Source: Escherichia coli
GTDB taxonomy: Bacteria > Pseudomonadota > Gammaproteobacteria > Enterobacterales > Enterobacteriaceae
DNA length: 64,000 nt
Direction: 5' to 3' (one strand)
Assembly (NCBI RefSeq): GCF_044324785.1
Contig: NZ_CP172127.1
A program made the translations under genes and the position numbers. A model generated the notes under the pieces. It had not been told where the DNA came from. It did no database searches and was given only the letters and a program-made list of their open reading frames with translations. Below are positions 53,619 to 64,000 of the stretch, in pieces (position 1 is the first letter of the stretch; every line of letters starts with the position of its first letter).

Positions 53619-53814
53619 TCAATTTCTCCGCTGCTCTATTGCCGTAATCGCCTCCACGCGTTGTTGATGACGACCGCCTTCGTACTGCGCGCCCAGCCAC
53701 GCATCCACAATCATTTTTGCCAGTTCGAGGCCAACCACTCGTGAACCAAAAGCCAGTGCAACTTCACTGGCGTAATGCGGATAATCAGTGCGCTCTGACG
53801 ACCTGGTTCTTTAT
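53619..53814 (-). pseudogene. rpiB: Degenerate remnant of rpiB (ribose-5-phosphate isomerase B)
   Basis: Minus-strand translation gives SSERTDYPHYASEVALA fused to FGSRVVGLELAKMIVDAWLGAQYEGGRHQQRVEAITAIEQRRN-stop, matching RpiB N- and C-terminal segments as I recall them with the catalytic middle missing; upstream frame is closed. Confidence 0.45.
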
Positions 53815-54147
53815 CAATCCCCTCACTCATTGACCATAAATACAAGGCTGGCACAGCAACGCGGAATCCTGCGGTGCCAGCGACATGACCGCCCATTGCT
53901 CCGGTACTTTTTTTAAAAAGAAACATCGGTTGCATTGATAAATATATAAAACACCTCATATTATTTACGGAGATAATAAATTCGCGTGCTTTTCCCTCTT
54001 CAGCACAAATGCCTAATAAAATGGCTCGTTCCGCTCACACTTCCACTTATTAAAGTCGCAATTTCCCAATTATGATAACGCCAGCTTTAAATGACGTATT
54101 TTGCATGGGTTACATATTTACGACACAAATGATAAATGGAGATTTAT

Positions 54148-56133
54148 ATGAATAACTCTCGGTTATTCCGTTTGAGCAGGATTGTTATTGCGTTAACTGC
54201 CGCCAGCGGCATGATGGTAAATACCGCTTACGCAACAGATGAAGCGAAAGCCGCCACTCAATATACCCAACAGATTAATCAGAATTACGCCAAATCATTA
54301 CCGTTTAGCGATCGTCAGGATTTTGACGATGCCCAGCGTGGATTTATCGCCCCGCTGCTGGATGAAGGTATTCTGCGTGATGCGAACGGTAAAGTTTACT
54401 ACCGCGCAGACGACTACAAATTTGATATTAATGCCGCTGCGCCGGAAACCGTAAACCCCAGCCTGTGGCGTCAGTCGCAGATCAACGGCATTTCTGGCCT
54501 GTTCAAAGTCACCGATAAAATGTATCAGGTGCGCGGCCAGGATATCTCTAACATTACATTTGTAGAAGGCGAGAAAGGCATTATTGTTATCGACCCGCTG
54601 GTGACGCCGCCTGCCGCAAAAGCCGCACTTGACCTTTACTTCCAGCATCGTCCGCAAAAACCGATTGTTGCTGTGATTTACACCCACAGCCACGCCGACC
54701 ATTATGGCGGTGTGAAAGGCATTATCTCTGAAGCGGATGTTAAATCCGGCAAAGTGCAGGTGATCGCTCCGGCAGGCTTTATGGACGAAGCCATCAGCGA
54801 AAACGTGCTGGCGGGTAACATCATGAGCCGCCGTGCGCTCTACTCTTACGGTCTGTTACTGCCGCACAACGCGCAAGGCAACGTGGGCAACGGCCTGGGC
54901 GTGACGCTGGCAACCGGCGACCCGAGCATTATTGCACCGACTAAAACTATCGTCAGAACTGGCGAGAAGATGATTATCGACGGCCTGGAATTTGACTTCC
55001 TGATGACTCCGGGTAGCGAAGCGCCAGCCGAAATGCACTTCTACATTCCGGCCCTGAAAGCCCTGTGTACCGCCGAGAACGCCACGCATACCCTGCACAA
55101 CTTCTACACTCTGCGCGGCGCGAAAACCCGCGATACCAGCAAGTGGACCGAGTACCTGAACGAAACGCTGGATATGTGGGGTAACGACGCGGAAGTACTG
55201 TTTATGCCGCACACCTGGCCGGTCTGGGGCAATAAGCATATCAATGATTATATTGGTAAATATCGCGATACTATCAAGTACATTCACGACCAGACCCTGC
55301 ACCTGGCGAACCAGGGCTACACCATGAATGAAATCGGCGACATGATTAAGCTACCGCCTGCGCTTGCCAATAACTGGGCCAGCCGCGGCTATTACGGTTC
55401 TGTCAGCCACAACGCCCGCGCGGTGTATAACTTCTATCTTGGCTATTACGACGGTAACCCGGCTAACCTGCATCCATATGGTCAGGTGGAGATGGGTAAA
55501 CGTTACGTGCAGGCTCTGGGCGGTTCTGCCCGCGTCATCAACCTGGCGAAAGAAGCGAACAAGCAAGGTGATTATCGCTGGTCGGCAGAACTGCTGAAAC
55601 AGGTGATTGCCGCCAACCCTGGTGACCAGGTCGCGAAGAATCTGCAAGCGAATAACTTTGAACAGCTGGGCTATCAGGCCGAGTCCGCCACCTGGCGCGG
55701 TTTCTACCTGACCGGCGCGAAAGAGCTGCGCGAAGGGGTGCATAAATTCAGCCACGGCACCACCGGTTCCCCGGACACCATTCGCGGAATGTCGGTCGAA
55801 ATGCTGTTCGACTTTATGTCCGTTCGCCTCGATAGCGCGAAAGCCGCGGGTAAAAATATCAGCCTGAACTTCAATATGAGCAACGGCGATAACCTCAACC
55901 TGACGCTGAACGATAGCGTGCTTAACTACCGTAAAACGCTGCAACCGCAAGCCGACGCCTCTTTCTACATCAGCCGTGAAGATCTGCACGCCGTGCTGAC
56001 CGGACAAGTCAAAATGGCGGATCTGGTAAAAGCGAAGAAAGCCAAAATTATTGGCAATGGCGCGAAACTGGAAGAAATTATTGCCTGTCTGGATAATTTC
56101 GATTTGTGGGTGAATATCGTAACCCCAAATTAA
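54148..56133 (+). CDS. yjcS: Putative alkyl/aryl-sulfatase YjcS (MBL fold)
   Basis: 661 aa from MNNSRLFRL with signal peptide; HSHADH motif. Confidence 0.85.
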   Translation: MNNSRLFRLSRIVIALTAASGMMVNTAYATDEAKAATQYTQQINQNYAKSLPFSDRQDFDDAQRGFIAPLLDEGILRDANGKVYYRADDYKFDINAAAPETVNPSLWRQSQINGISGLFKVTDKMYQVRGQDISNITFVEGEKGIIVIDPLVTPPAAKAALDLYFQHRPQKPIVAVIYTHSHADHYGGVKGIISEADVKSGKVQVIAPAGFMDEAISENVLAGNIMSRRALYSYGLLLPHNAQGNVGNGLGVTLATGDPSIIAPTKTIVRTGEKMIIDGLEFDFLMTPGSEAPAEMHFYIPALKALCTAENATHTLHNFYTLRGAKTRDTSKWTEYLNETLDMWGNDAEVLFMPHTWPVWGNKHINDYIGKYRDTIKYIHDQTLHLANQGYTMNEIGDMIKLPPALANNWASRGYYGSVSHNARAVYNFYLGYYDGNPANLHPYGQVEMGKRYVQALGGSARVINLAKEANKQGDYRWSAELLKQVIAANPGDQVAKNLQANNFEQLGYQAESATWRGFYLTGAKELREGVHKFSHGTTGSPDTIRGMSVEMLFDFMSVRLDSAKAAGKNISLNFNMSNGDNLNLTLNDSVLNYRKTLQPQADASFYISREDLHAVLTGQVKMADLVKAKKAKIIGNGAKLEEIIACLDNFDLWVNIVTPN

Positions 56134-56341
56134 TGCCACTCACTTTTGGGGGCGCTTAAGCCCCCAAAAGCATTTATTTTAAAAATACATACAACAAATT
56201 AATACATAAAATATATAAGTTATGAATGCGGTGGCTGAATAAAGCTATTTTTATTCATCGAGAAAATAGCCATACTGACGCCTTCAATGGATATTGATAT
56301 TCACTACAGATATTGTTCGCAGCAGACAGGATGTATTTAAT

Positions 56342-56617
56342 ATGCCAACAGTTCTCTCTCGCATGGCGATGCAACTCAAAAAAACAGCCTGGATAATTCC
56401 CGTCTTCATGGTTTCGGGATGCTCATTATCTCCGGCAATCCCGGTGATCGGCGCTTATTATCCCAGCTGGTTTTTCTGCGCCATTGCCAGCCTTATTTTG
56501 ACGCTCATCACGAGGCGAATTATTCAGCGGGCAAATATCAATCTGGCATTTGTCGGAATTATTTATACCGCCCTTTTTGCTCTCTACGCCATGCTGCTCT
56601 GGCTGGCATTTTTCTAA
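56342..56617 (+). CDS. ytcA: Small lipoprotein/membrane protein YtcA
   Basis: 91 aa from MPTVLSRMAMQL; lipobox-like SGCS. Confidence 0.75.
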   Translation: MPTVLSRMAMQLKKTAWIIPVFMVSGCSLSPAIPVIGAYYPSWFFCAIASLILTLITRRIIQRANINLAFVGIIYTALFALYAMLLWLAFF

Positions 56618-56635
56618 TCTATTTGAGACGCGCTC

Positions 56636-57667
56636 ATGGAAAGTACGCCGAAAAAAGCTCCTCGCAGTAAATTCCCTGCTCTGTTAGTGGTTGCGTTGGC
56701 GCTGGTTGCCCTTGTTTTCGTTATCTGGCGCGTAGACAGTGCGCCATCAACTAATGACGCCTACGCGTCAGCAGATACCATTGATGTGGTGCCGGAAGTC
56801 AGCGGTCGCATTGTAGAACTGGCGGTCACCGACAACCAGGCGGTGAAACAGGGCGATTTGCTGTTCCGCATCGACCCGCGCCCGTACGAAGCCAATCTGG
56901 CGAAAGCCGAAGCCTCCCTCGCGGCGCTGGATAAGCAAATTATGCTCACCCAGCGTAGCGTTGACGCACAACAGTTTGGTGCCGACTCGGTTAATGCCAC
57001 GGTAGAAAAAGCCCGTGCCGCTGCAAAACAGGCCAGCGATACATTACGCCGTACCGAGCCGTTGCTAAAAGAAGGTTTTGTCTCAGCGGAAGACGTTGAC
57101 CGTGCGAGGACCGCGCAGCGCGCCGCAGAAGCAGATCTTAATGCCGTATTGTTACAGGCGCAGTCAGCCGCCAGCGCCGTCAGCGGCGTCGATGCATTAG
57201 TTGCCCAGCGTGCGGCAGTGGAAGCAGATATTGCGTTGACGAAACTGCATCTGGAAATGGCGACCGTTCGCGCGCCGTTTGATGGCCGGGTCATTTCCCT
57301 CAAAACCTCCGTCGGGCAATTTGCTTCTGCCATGCGCCCTATTTTCACCCTAATCGACACTCGTCACTGGTACGTGATCGCCAACTTCCGCGAAACTGAT
57401 CTGAAAAATATTCGCTCAGGTACACCCGCAACCATTCGCCTGATGAGCGACAGCGGCAAAACCTTCGAGGGTAAAGTGGATTCGATTGGCTACGGCGTGC
57501 TACCGGATGACGGCGGCCTGGTGCTGGGCGGCCTGCCGAAAGTGTCTCGTTCTATTAACTGGGTCCGCGTTGCCCAGCGTTTTCCGGTCAAAATCATGGT
57601 TGATAAACCTGACCCGGAAATGTTCCGCATCGGCGCTTCGGCAGTCGCTAATCTTGAGCCGCAATAA
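56636..57667 (+). CDS. mdtN: Efflux pump membrane fusion protein MdtN
   Basis: 343 aa. Confidence 0.9.
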   Translation: MESTPKKAPRSKFPALLVVALALVALVFVIWRVDSAPSTNDAYASADTIDVVPEVSGRIVELAVTDNQAVKQGDLLFRIDPRPYEANLAKAEASLAALDKQIMLTQRSVDAQQFGADSVNATVEKARAAAKQASDTLRRTEPLLKEGFVSAEDVDRARTAQRAAEADLNAVLLQAQSAASAVSGVDALVAQRAAVEADIALTKLHLEMATVRAPFDGRVISLKTSVGQFASAMRPIFTLIDTRHWYVIANFRETDLKNIRSGTPATIRLMSDSGKTFEGKVDSIGYGVLPDDGGLVLGGLPKVSRSINWVRVAQRFPVKIMVDKPDPEMFRIGASAVANLEPQ

Positions 57668-59718
57668 TGAGCGCGCTCAACTCCCTGCCATTACCGGTGG
57701 TCAGGCTGCTGGCGTTCTTTCATGAAGAGTTAAGCGAGCGGCGACCAGGTCGCGTGCCGCAGACCGTGCAACTCTGGGTAGGCTGCCTGCTGGTGATTCT
57801 GATCTCGATGACTTTTGAGATCCCTTTTGTGGCGTTATCGCTGGCAGTGCTGTTTTACGGTATTCAGTCGAACGCGTTTTACACCAAATTTGTCGCGATC
57901 TTGTTTGTGGTCGCCACGATGCTGGAGATCGGCAGCCTGTTTTTGATCTACAAATGGTCATATGGCGAACCGTTGATCCGATTGATCATTGCCGGACCGA
58001 TCCTGATGGGCTGTATGTTTTTGATGCGCACCCATCGGTTGGGGCTGGTCTTTTTCGCCGTCGCCATTGTCGCTATTTACGGGCAAACCTTCCCCGCCAT
58101 GCTCGACTATCCGGAAGTGGTCGTGCGCTTAACCCTGTGGTGTATCGTTGTCGGCCTCTACCCGACGTTATTGATGACGTTAATCGGCGTGCTGTGGTTT
58201 CCCAGCCGCGCTATCACGCAGATGCATCAGGCGCTTAATGATCGGCTTGATGATGCCATTAGTCACCTGACGGACAGCCTCGCACCGCTACCCGAAACGC
58301 GGATTGAAAGAGAGGCGCTGGCGCTGCAAAAACTCAATGTCTTTTGCCTCGCGGACGATGCCAACTGGCGAACTCAGAGCGCATGGTGGCAAAGCTGCGT
58401 GGCAACGGTAACCTACATTTACTCGACGCTGAATCGCTACGATCCCACCTCTTTTGCTGATTCTCAGGCAATTATTGAATTTCGGCAAAAATTAGCCTCA
58501 GAAATCAACAAACTGCAGTATGCCATTGCCGAAGGTCAGTGCTGGCAAAGCGACTGGCGGATCACTGAAAGTGAAGCGATGGCGGCACGGGAATGTAACC
58601 TGGAGAATATCTGCCAGACGTTGTTACAACTGGGTCAGATGGACCCGAATACGCCGCCAATGCCCGCCACCAAACCGCCATCAATGGTCGCCGACGCTTT
58701 TACCAATCCAGACTATATGCGCTACGCGGTAAAAACGCTGCTCGCCTGTTTGATCTGTTACACCTTCTACAGCGGCGTGGACTGGGAAGGCATTCACACC
58801 TGTATGCTGACCTGCGTGATCGTCGCTAACCCGAATGTTGGTTCGTCGTATCAGAAAATGGCGCTGCGTTTTGGCGGTGCCTTCTGCGGTGCAATTCTGG
58901 CGCTGTTATTCACGTTACTGGTCATGCCCTGGCTGGACAATATTGTCGAATTGCTGTTTGTGCTGGCACCGATTTTCCTGTTGGGCGCATGGATTGCCAC
59001 CAGCTCTGAACGCTCTTCTTATATCGGCACACAGATGGTGGTCACCTTCGCGCTCGCCACGCTCGAAAACGTTTTTGGCCCGGTGTACGACCTGGTGGAA
59101 ATTCGCGATCGCGCCCTGGGTATCATCATTGGTACCGTGGTGTCCGCGGTGATTTACACCTTTGTCTGGCCTGAAAGTGAAGCGCGCACACTGCCGCAAA
59201 AACTGGCTGGCGCGCTGGGTATGTTGAGTAAAGTAATGCGGATCCCACGCCAGCAGGAAGTCACGGCTCTGCGCACTTATCTGCAAATTCGTATAGGTCT
59301 GCATGCGGCGTTTAATGCCTGTGAAGAGATGTGCCAACGCGTGGCGCTGGAGCGTCAACTGGACAGCGAAGAACGCGCTTTACTGATTGAACGTTCGCAA
59401 ACGGTTATTCGTCAGGGCCGCGATATTCTTCACGCCTGGGATGCAACCTGGAACTCGGCGCAGGCGCTGGATAACGCACTACAGCCGGACAGAGCAGGTC
59501 AGTTTGCCGACGCACTGGAGAAATACGCTGCCGGTCTGGCAACCGCACTCAGCCGTTCTCCTCAAATAACGCTTGAAGAGACACCCGCCTCGCAGGCCAT
59601 CCTGCCCACCTTATTAAAACAGGAACAACACGTCTGCCAGCTTTTCGCCCGCTTGCCAGACTGGACAGCCCCGGCATTAACGCCCGCCAAGGAACAGGTA
59701 CAAGGAGCCACGCAATGA
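57667..59718 (+). CDS. mdtO: Efflux pump inner membrane component MdtO
   Basis: 683 aa; overlapping stop/start with mdtN and mdtP. Confidence 0.9.
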   Translation: MSALNSLPLPVVRLLAFFHEELSERRPGRVPQTVQLWVGCLLVILISMTFEIPFVALSLAVLFYGIQSNAFYTKFVAILFVVATMLEIGSLFLIYKWSYGEPLIRLIIAGPILMGCMFLMRTHRLGLVFFAVAIVAIYGQTFPAMLDYPEVVVRLTLWCIVVGLYPTLLMTLIGVLWFPSRAITQMHQALNDRLDDAISHLTDSLAPLPETRIEREALALQKLNVFCLADDANWRTQSAWWQSCVATVTYIYSTLNRYDPTSFADSQAIIEFRQKLASEINKLQYAIAEGQCWQSDWRITESEAMAARECNLENICQTLLQLGQMDPNTPPMPATKPPSMVADAFTNPDYMRYAVKTLLACLICYTFYSGVDWEGIHTCMLTCVIVANPNVGSSYQKMALRFGGAFCGAILALLFTLLVMPWLDNIVELLFVLAPIFLLGAWIATSSERSSYIGTQMVVTFALATLENVFGPVYDLVEIRDRALGIIIGTVVSAVIYTFVWPESEARTLPQKLAGALGMLSKVMRIPRQQEVTALRTYLQIRIGLHAAFNACEEMCQRVALERQLDSEERALLIERSQTVIRQGRDILHAWDATWNSAQALDNALQPDRAGQFADALEKYAAGLATALSRSPQITLEETPASQAILPTLLKQEQHVCQLFARLPDWTAPALTPAKEQVQGATQ

Positions 59719-61181
59719 TCAATCGTCAACTTTCACGTCTGCTGTTGTGCAGCATTCTCGGCAGCACGACGCTGATTTCCGGCTGTGCCCTGGTACGTAA
59801 GGATTCTGCACCTCATCAACAGCTCAAACCGGAACAAATCAAACTGGCCGATGATATTCATCTTGCCAGCTCCGGCTGGCCGCAGGCGCAGTGGTGGAAA
59901 CAACTCAATGACCCGCAGTTGGATGCGCTGATCCAACGGACGCTAAGTGGTTCACACACCCTCGCCGAAGCGAAACTGCGGGAAGAAAAAGCGCAGTCGC
60001 AGGCCGATTTGTTAGATGCCGGTTCACAATTACAGGTCGCAGCGTTAGGGATGCTCAACCGCCAACGTGTCTCGGCGAACGGCTTTTTAAGCCCTTATGC
60101 GATGGATGCGCCAGCACTGGGTATGGACGGGCCGTACTATACGGAAGCCACAGTCGGTTTGTTTGCCGGACTGGATCTTGATTTGTGGGGTGTGCATCGC
60201 TCAGCGGTTGCCGCCGCCATTGGCGCGCATAATGCCGCGCTGGCAGAAACCGCAGCAGTAGAGCTATCGCTGACCACTGGCGTAGCGCAGCTTTATTACA
60301 GTATGCAGGCCAGCTATCAGATGCTCGATCTGTTAGAACAAACACGCGATGTGATTGATTACGCGGTGAAAGCGCACCAGAGTAAAGTGGCGCACGGTCT
60401 GGAAGCGCAAGTGCCTTTCCACGGCGCGCGGGCACAGATTCTGGCGGTCGATAAACAAATTGCTGCCGTTAAAGGGCAAATCACCGAAACGCGAGAATCT
60501 CTGCGTGCATTGATTGGCGCGGGAGCCAGCGATATGCCGGAGATCAAACCGGTGGCATTACCGCAAGTCCAGACCGGTATTCCGGCGACACTCTCTTATG
60601 AGTTGCTCGCCAGACGCCCGGATCTGCAAGCTATGCGCTGGTATGTTCAGGCGTCATTAGATCAGGTGGATTCCGCGCGGGCGCTGTTCTATCCGAGCTT
60701 TGATATCAAAGCGTTTTTCGGCCTGGATTCTATCCACCTGGATACCTTATTCAAAAAAACCAGTCGCCAGTTCAACTTTATCCCGGGTCTGAAATTGCCG
60801 CTGTTTGACGGTGGACGGTTGAATGCCAATCTCGAAGGCACTCGCGCCGCCAGCAACATGATGATTGAACGTTACAACCAGTCAGTGCTGAATGCGGTGC
60901 GCGACGTTGCCGTCAACGGCACGCGTCTGCAAACGCTCAACGACGAGCGAGAGATGCAGGCTGAACGCGTGGAAGCAACGCGCTTCACCCAGCGCGCTGC
61001 CGAGGCCGCCTATCAACGCGGCTTAACCAGCCGCTTACAGGCCACCGAAGCCCGGTTGCCAGTGCTTGCCGAAGAGATGTCATTACTGATGCTGGACAGC
61101 CGCCGGGTGACCCAAAGCATTCAGTTGATGAAATCGCTGGGTGGCGGGTATCAGGCAAGTCCCGTCGTCGAGAAAAAATAA
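59715..61181 (+). CDS. mdtP: Efflux pump outer membrane factor MdtP
   Basis: 488 aa with lipoprotein signal (LISGCA). Confidence 0.9.
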   Translation: MINRQLSRLLLCSILGSTTLISGCALVRKDSAPHQQLKPEQIKLADDIHLASSGWPQAQWWKQLNDPQLDALIQRTLSGSHTLAEAKLREEKAQSQADLLDAGSQLQVAALGMLNRQRVSANGFLSPYAMDAPALGMDGPYYTEATVGLFAGLDLDLWGVHRSAVAAAIGAHNAALAETAAVELSLTTGVAQLYYSMQASYQMLDLLEQTRDVIDYAVKAHQSKVAHGLEAQVPFHGARAQILAVDKQIAAVKGQITETRESLRALIGAGASDMPEIKPVALPQVQTGIPATLSYELLARRPDLQAMRWYVQASLDQVDSARALFYPSFDIKAFFGLDSIHLDTLFKKTSRQFNFIPGLKLPLFDGGRLNANLEGTRAASNMMIERYNQSVLNAVRDVAVNGTRLQTLNDEREMQAERVEATRFTQRAAEAAYQRGLTSRLQATEARLPVLAEEMSLLMLDSRRVTQSIQLMKSLGGGYQASPVVEKK

Positions 61182-61311
61182 AATGTCTGCCGCGTGATGG
61201 CTGTCACGCGGTATTTCGTTTCGTCACGTCAAAACTGACGACAGCCTGTTTTTCGTCAGAGTTTTGAATAAATAGTGCCCGTAATATCAGGGAATGCCCC
61301 CAAATAAAATG

Positions 61312-61328
61312 TGGCATAAAAGATGCAT
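61312..61328 (+). promoter_or_regulatory. Sigma-54 (-24/-12) promoter of fdhF
   Basis: tGGcataaaagaTGCat with GG and GC spaced for RpoN; upstream repeated GTCACG / CGTCA elements at 61196-61250 are consistent with an FhlA activator site. Confidence 0.6.
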
Positions 61329-61378
61329 ACTGTAGTCGAGAGCGCGTATGCGTGATTTGATTAACTGGAGCGAGACCG

Positions 61379-63526
61379 ATGAAAAAAGTCGTCACGGTTT
61401 GCCCCTATTGCGCATCAGGTTGCAAAATCAACCTGGTCGTCGATAACGGCAAAATCGTCCGGGCGGAGGCAGCGCAGGGGAAAACCAACCAGGGTACCCT
61501 GTGTCTGAAGGGTTATTATGGCTGGGATTTCATTAACGATACCCAGATCCTGACCCCGCGCCTGAAAACCCCCATGATCCGTCGCCAGCGTGGCGGCAAA
61601 CTCGAACCTGTTTCCTGGGATGAGGCACTGAATTACGTTGCCGAGCGCCTGAGCGCCATCAAAGAGAAGTACGGTCCGGATGCCATCCAGACGACCGGCT
61701 CCTCGCGTGGTACGGGTAACGAAACCAACTATGTAATGCAAAAATTTGCGCGCGCCGTTATTGGTACCAATAACGTTGACTGCTGCGCTCGTGTCTGACA
61801 CGGCCCATCGGTTGCAGGTCTGCACCAATCGGTCGGTAATGGCGCAATGAGCAATGCTATTAACGAAATTGATAATACCGATTTAGTGTTCGTTTTCGGG
61901 TACAACCCGGCGGATTCCCACCCAATCGTGGCGAACCACGTAATTAACGCTAAACGTAACGGGGCGAAAATTATCGTCTGCGATCCGCGCAAAATTGAAA
62001 CCGCGCGCATTGCTGACATGCACATTGCACTGAAAAACGGCTCGAACATCGCGCTGTTGAATGCGATGGGTCATGTCATTATTGAAGAAAACCTGTACGA
62101 CAAAGCTTTCGTCGCTTCCCGTACAGAAGGCTTTGAAGAGTATCGTAAAATCGTTGAAGGCTACACGCCGGAGTCGGTTGAAGATATCACCGGCGTCAGC
62201 GCCAGTGAGATTCGTCAGGCGGCGCGGATGTATGCCCAGGCGAAAAGCGCCGCCATCCTGTGGGGCATGGGTGTAACCCAGTTCTACCAGGGCGTGGAAA
62301 CCGTGCGTTCTCTGACCAGCCTCGCGATGCTGACTGGTAACCTCGGTAAGCCGCATGCGGGTGTAAACCCGGTTCGTGGTCAGAACAACGTGCAGGGTGC
62401 CTGCGATATGGGCGCGCTGCCGGATACGTATCCGGGATACCAGTACGTGAAAGATCCGGCTAACCGCGAGAAATTCGCCAAAGCCTGGGGCGTGGAAAAC
62501 CTGCCTGCTCATACCGGCTATCGCATCAGCGAGCTGCCGCACCGCGCAGCGCATGGCGAAGTGCGTGCCGCGTACATTATGGGCGAAGATCCGCTGCAAA
62601 CTGACGCGGAGCTGTCGGCAGTACGTAAAGCCTTTGAAGATCTGGAACTGGTCATCGTTCAGGACATCTTTATGACCAAAACCGCGTCGGCTGCGGATGT
62701 TATTTTACCATCAACGTCGTGGGGCGAGCATGAAGGCGTGTTTACTGCGGCTGACCGTGGCTTCCAGCGTTTCTTCAAGGCGGTTGAACCGAAGTGGGAT
62801 CTGAAAACGGACTGGCAAATCATCAGTGAAATTGCCACTCGTATGGGTTATCCGATGCACTACAACAACACCCAGGAGATCTGGGATGAGTTGCGTCATC
62901 TGTGCCCGGATTTCTACGGTGCGACTTACGAGAAAATGGGCGAACTGGGCTTCATTCAGTGGCCTTGCCGCGATACTTCAGATGCCGATCAGGGGACTTC
63001 TTATCTGTTTAAAGAGAAGTTTGATACCCCGAACGGTCTGGCGCAGTTCTTCACCTGCGACTGGGTAGCGCCAATCGACAAACTCACCGACGAGTACCCG
63101 ATGGTACTGTCAACGGTGCGTGAAGTTGGTCACTACTCTTGCCGTTCGATGACCGGTAACTGTGCGGCACTGGCGGCGCTGGCTGATGAACCTGGCTACG
63201 CACAAATCAATACCGAAGACGCCAAACGTCTGGGTATTGAAGATGAGGCATTGGTTTGGGTGCACTCGCGTAAAGGCAAAATTATCACCCGTGCGCAGGT
63301 CAGCGATCGTCCGAACAAAGGGGCGATTTACATGACCTACCAGTGGTGGATTGGTGCCTGTAACGAGCTGGTTACCGAAAACTTAAGCCCGATTACGAAA
63401 ACGCCGGAATACAAATACTGCGCCGTGCGCGTCGAGCCGATCGCCGATCAGCGCGCCGCCGAGCAGTACGTGATTGACGAGTACAACAAGTTGAAAACTC
63501 GCCTGCGCGAAGCGGCACTGGCGTAA
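61379..63526 (+). CDS. fdhF: Formate dehydrogenase H, selenocysteine-containing (in-frame UGA at 61796-61798 decoded as Sec)
   Basis: ORF track splits the gene at TGA 61796-61798, but the same frame continues to 63526 giving 715 codons; N-terminal Cys cluster CPYCASGC. Confidence 0.9.
61796..61840 (+). other. UGA-Sec codon plus SECIS stem-loop of fdhF
   Basis: tgacacggcccatcggttgcaggtctgcaccaatcggtcggtaatggcg immediately 3' of the in-frame UGA, matching the classical fdhF SECIS as I recall it. Confidence 0.7.
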
Positions 63527-63540
63527 TACAGTCCTTTCTA

Positions 63541-63568
63541 CAGCCTCCTTCCGGAGGCTGTTTTTTTA
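63541..63568 (+). terminator. Rho-independent terminator of fdhF
   Basis: cagcctcc ttcc ggaggctg followed by ttttttt. Confidence 0.6.
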
Positions 63569-63619
63569 TCCATTCGAACTCTTTATACTGGTTACTCCCT
63601 ACCCAATCGTATTATCAAA

Positions 63620-64000
63620 ATGAAAAAAATTATCGCATTGATGTTGTTTTTGACATTCTTTGCCCACGCCAACGACTCCGAGCCTGGCAGCCAGTATTTA
63701 AAGGCAGCAGAGGCCGGGGACCGACGCGCACAATATTTTCTTGCCGACAGCTGGTTTAGCTCCGGCGATTTGAGCAAAGCCGAATATTGGGCACAGAAAG
63801 CCGCCGACAGCGGTGATGCTGATGCCTGCGCGCTGTTAGCGCAGATCAAAATCACCAATCCGGTCAGTCTGGACTATCCACAAGCAAAAGTTCTTGCAGA
63901 GAAAGCGGCGCAAGCGGGCAGTAAAGAAGGTGAAGTAACGCTGGCGCATATTCTGGTAAATACGCAAGCGGGTAAACCGGATTATCCAAAGGCGATTTCG
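63620..64000 (+). CDS. yjcO: Sel1-repeat protein YjcO, 5' part (runs off the window end)
   Basis: ATG at 63620 with signal peptide MKKIIALMLFLTFFAHA; open frame to the window end; missing from the ORF track because it has no stop within the window. Confidence 0.7.
   Translation, partial: MKKIIALMLFLTFFAHANDSEPGSQYLKAAEAGDRRAQYFLADSWFSSGDLSKAEYWAQKAADSGDADACALLAQIKITNPVSLDYPQAKVLAEKAAQAGSKEGEVTLAHILVNTQAGKPDYPKAIS

Noticed and set aside
61379-61798. 139-aa ORF that looks like a separate small gene upstream of a large one
   Set aside because: It is the N-terminal part of fdhF; the terminating TGA is the selenocysteine codon and the frame continues
1-64000. Search for CRISPR arrays, IS elements/transposases, integrase, rRNA or complete tRNA genes
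   Set aside because: No regularly spaced direct repeats, no transposase- or integrase-like ORFs, and only a 19-bp tRNA-Phe fragment were found; the island integrase and intact pheU must lie outside the window

Overview
This window reads as Escherichia coli chromosome, inverted relative to the K-12 MG1655 map, running from the pheU attachment site through the cadCBA, lysU, dcuSR-dcuB-fumB, mel, adi, eptA-basRS, proP, crfC, phn, mdtNOP and fdhF loci to the start of yjcO. All identifications are by recognition of the translated proteins and motifs in the sequence; no database search was run. Positions 1-7114 are the distal arm of a genomic island integrated at tRNA-Phe (pheU): it ends in an exact 19-bp copy of the tRNA-Phe 3' end (7096-7114) followed by a terminator and the native cadC upstream region. 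The island arm carries a CP4-prophage-like accessory module (YeeP/YfjP-type GTPase, DUF932, ArdB/KlcA-like antirestriction, RadC-like JAMM protein, DUF987, a CbeA/CbtA-type toxin-antitoxin pair, a YeeW-like gene) with three additions that are the best candidates for an undescribed function: an unassigned 214-aa gene wedged between the DUF987 gene and the antitoxin (3276-3920), an AT-rich 288-aa hypothetical protein (5324-6190), and a ParD/ParE-like pair (6262-6848) at the island edge. The rest of the window is syntenic core genome with two gene-content differences from K-12: melB is absent (melA and yjdF converge with overlapping stop codons) and the rpiB-rpiR-als cluster is replaced by about 0.6 kb holding a degenerate rpiB remnant. 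Small features missed by the ORF track are ghoT (57 aa) and pmrR (29 aa, antisense to the basS 3' end); fdhF is a single 715-codon gene read through an in-frame UGA (selenocysteine) with its SECIS hairpin. No CRISPR array, IS element, rRNA or complete tRNA gene was seen.
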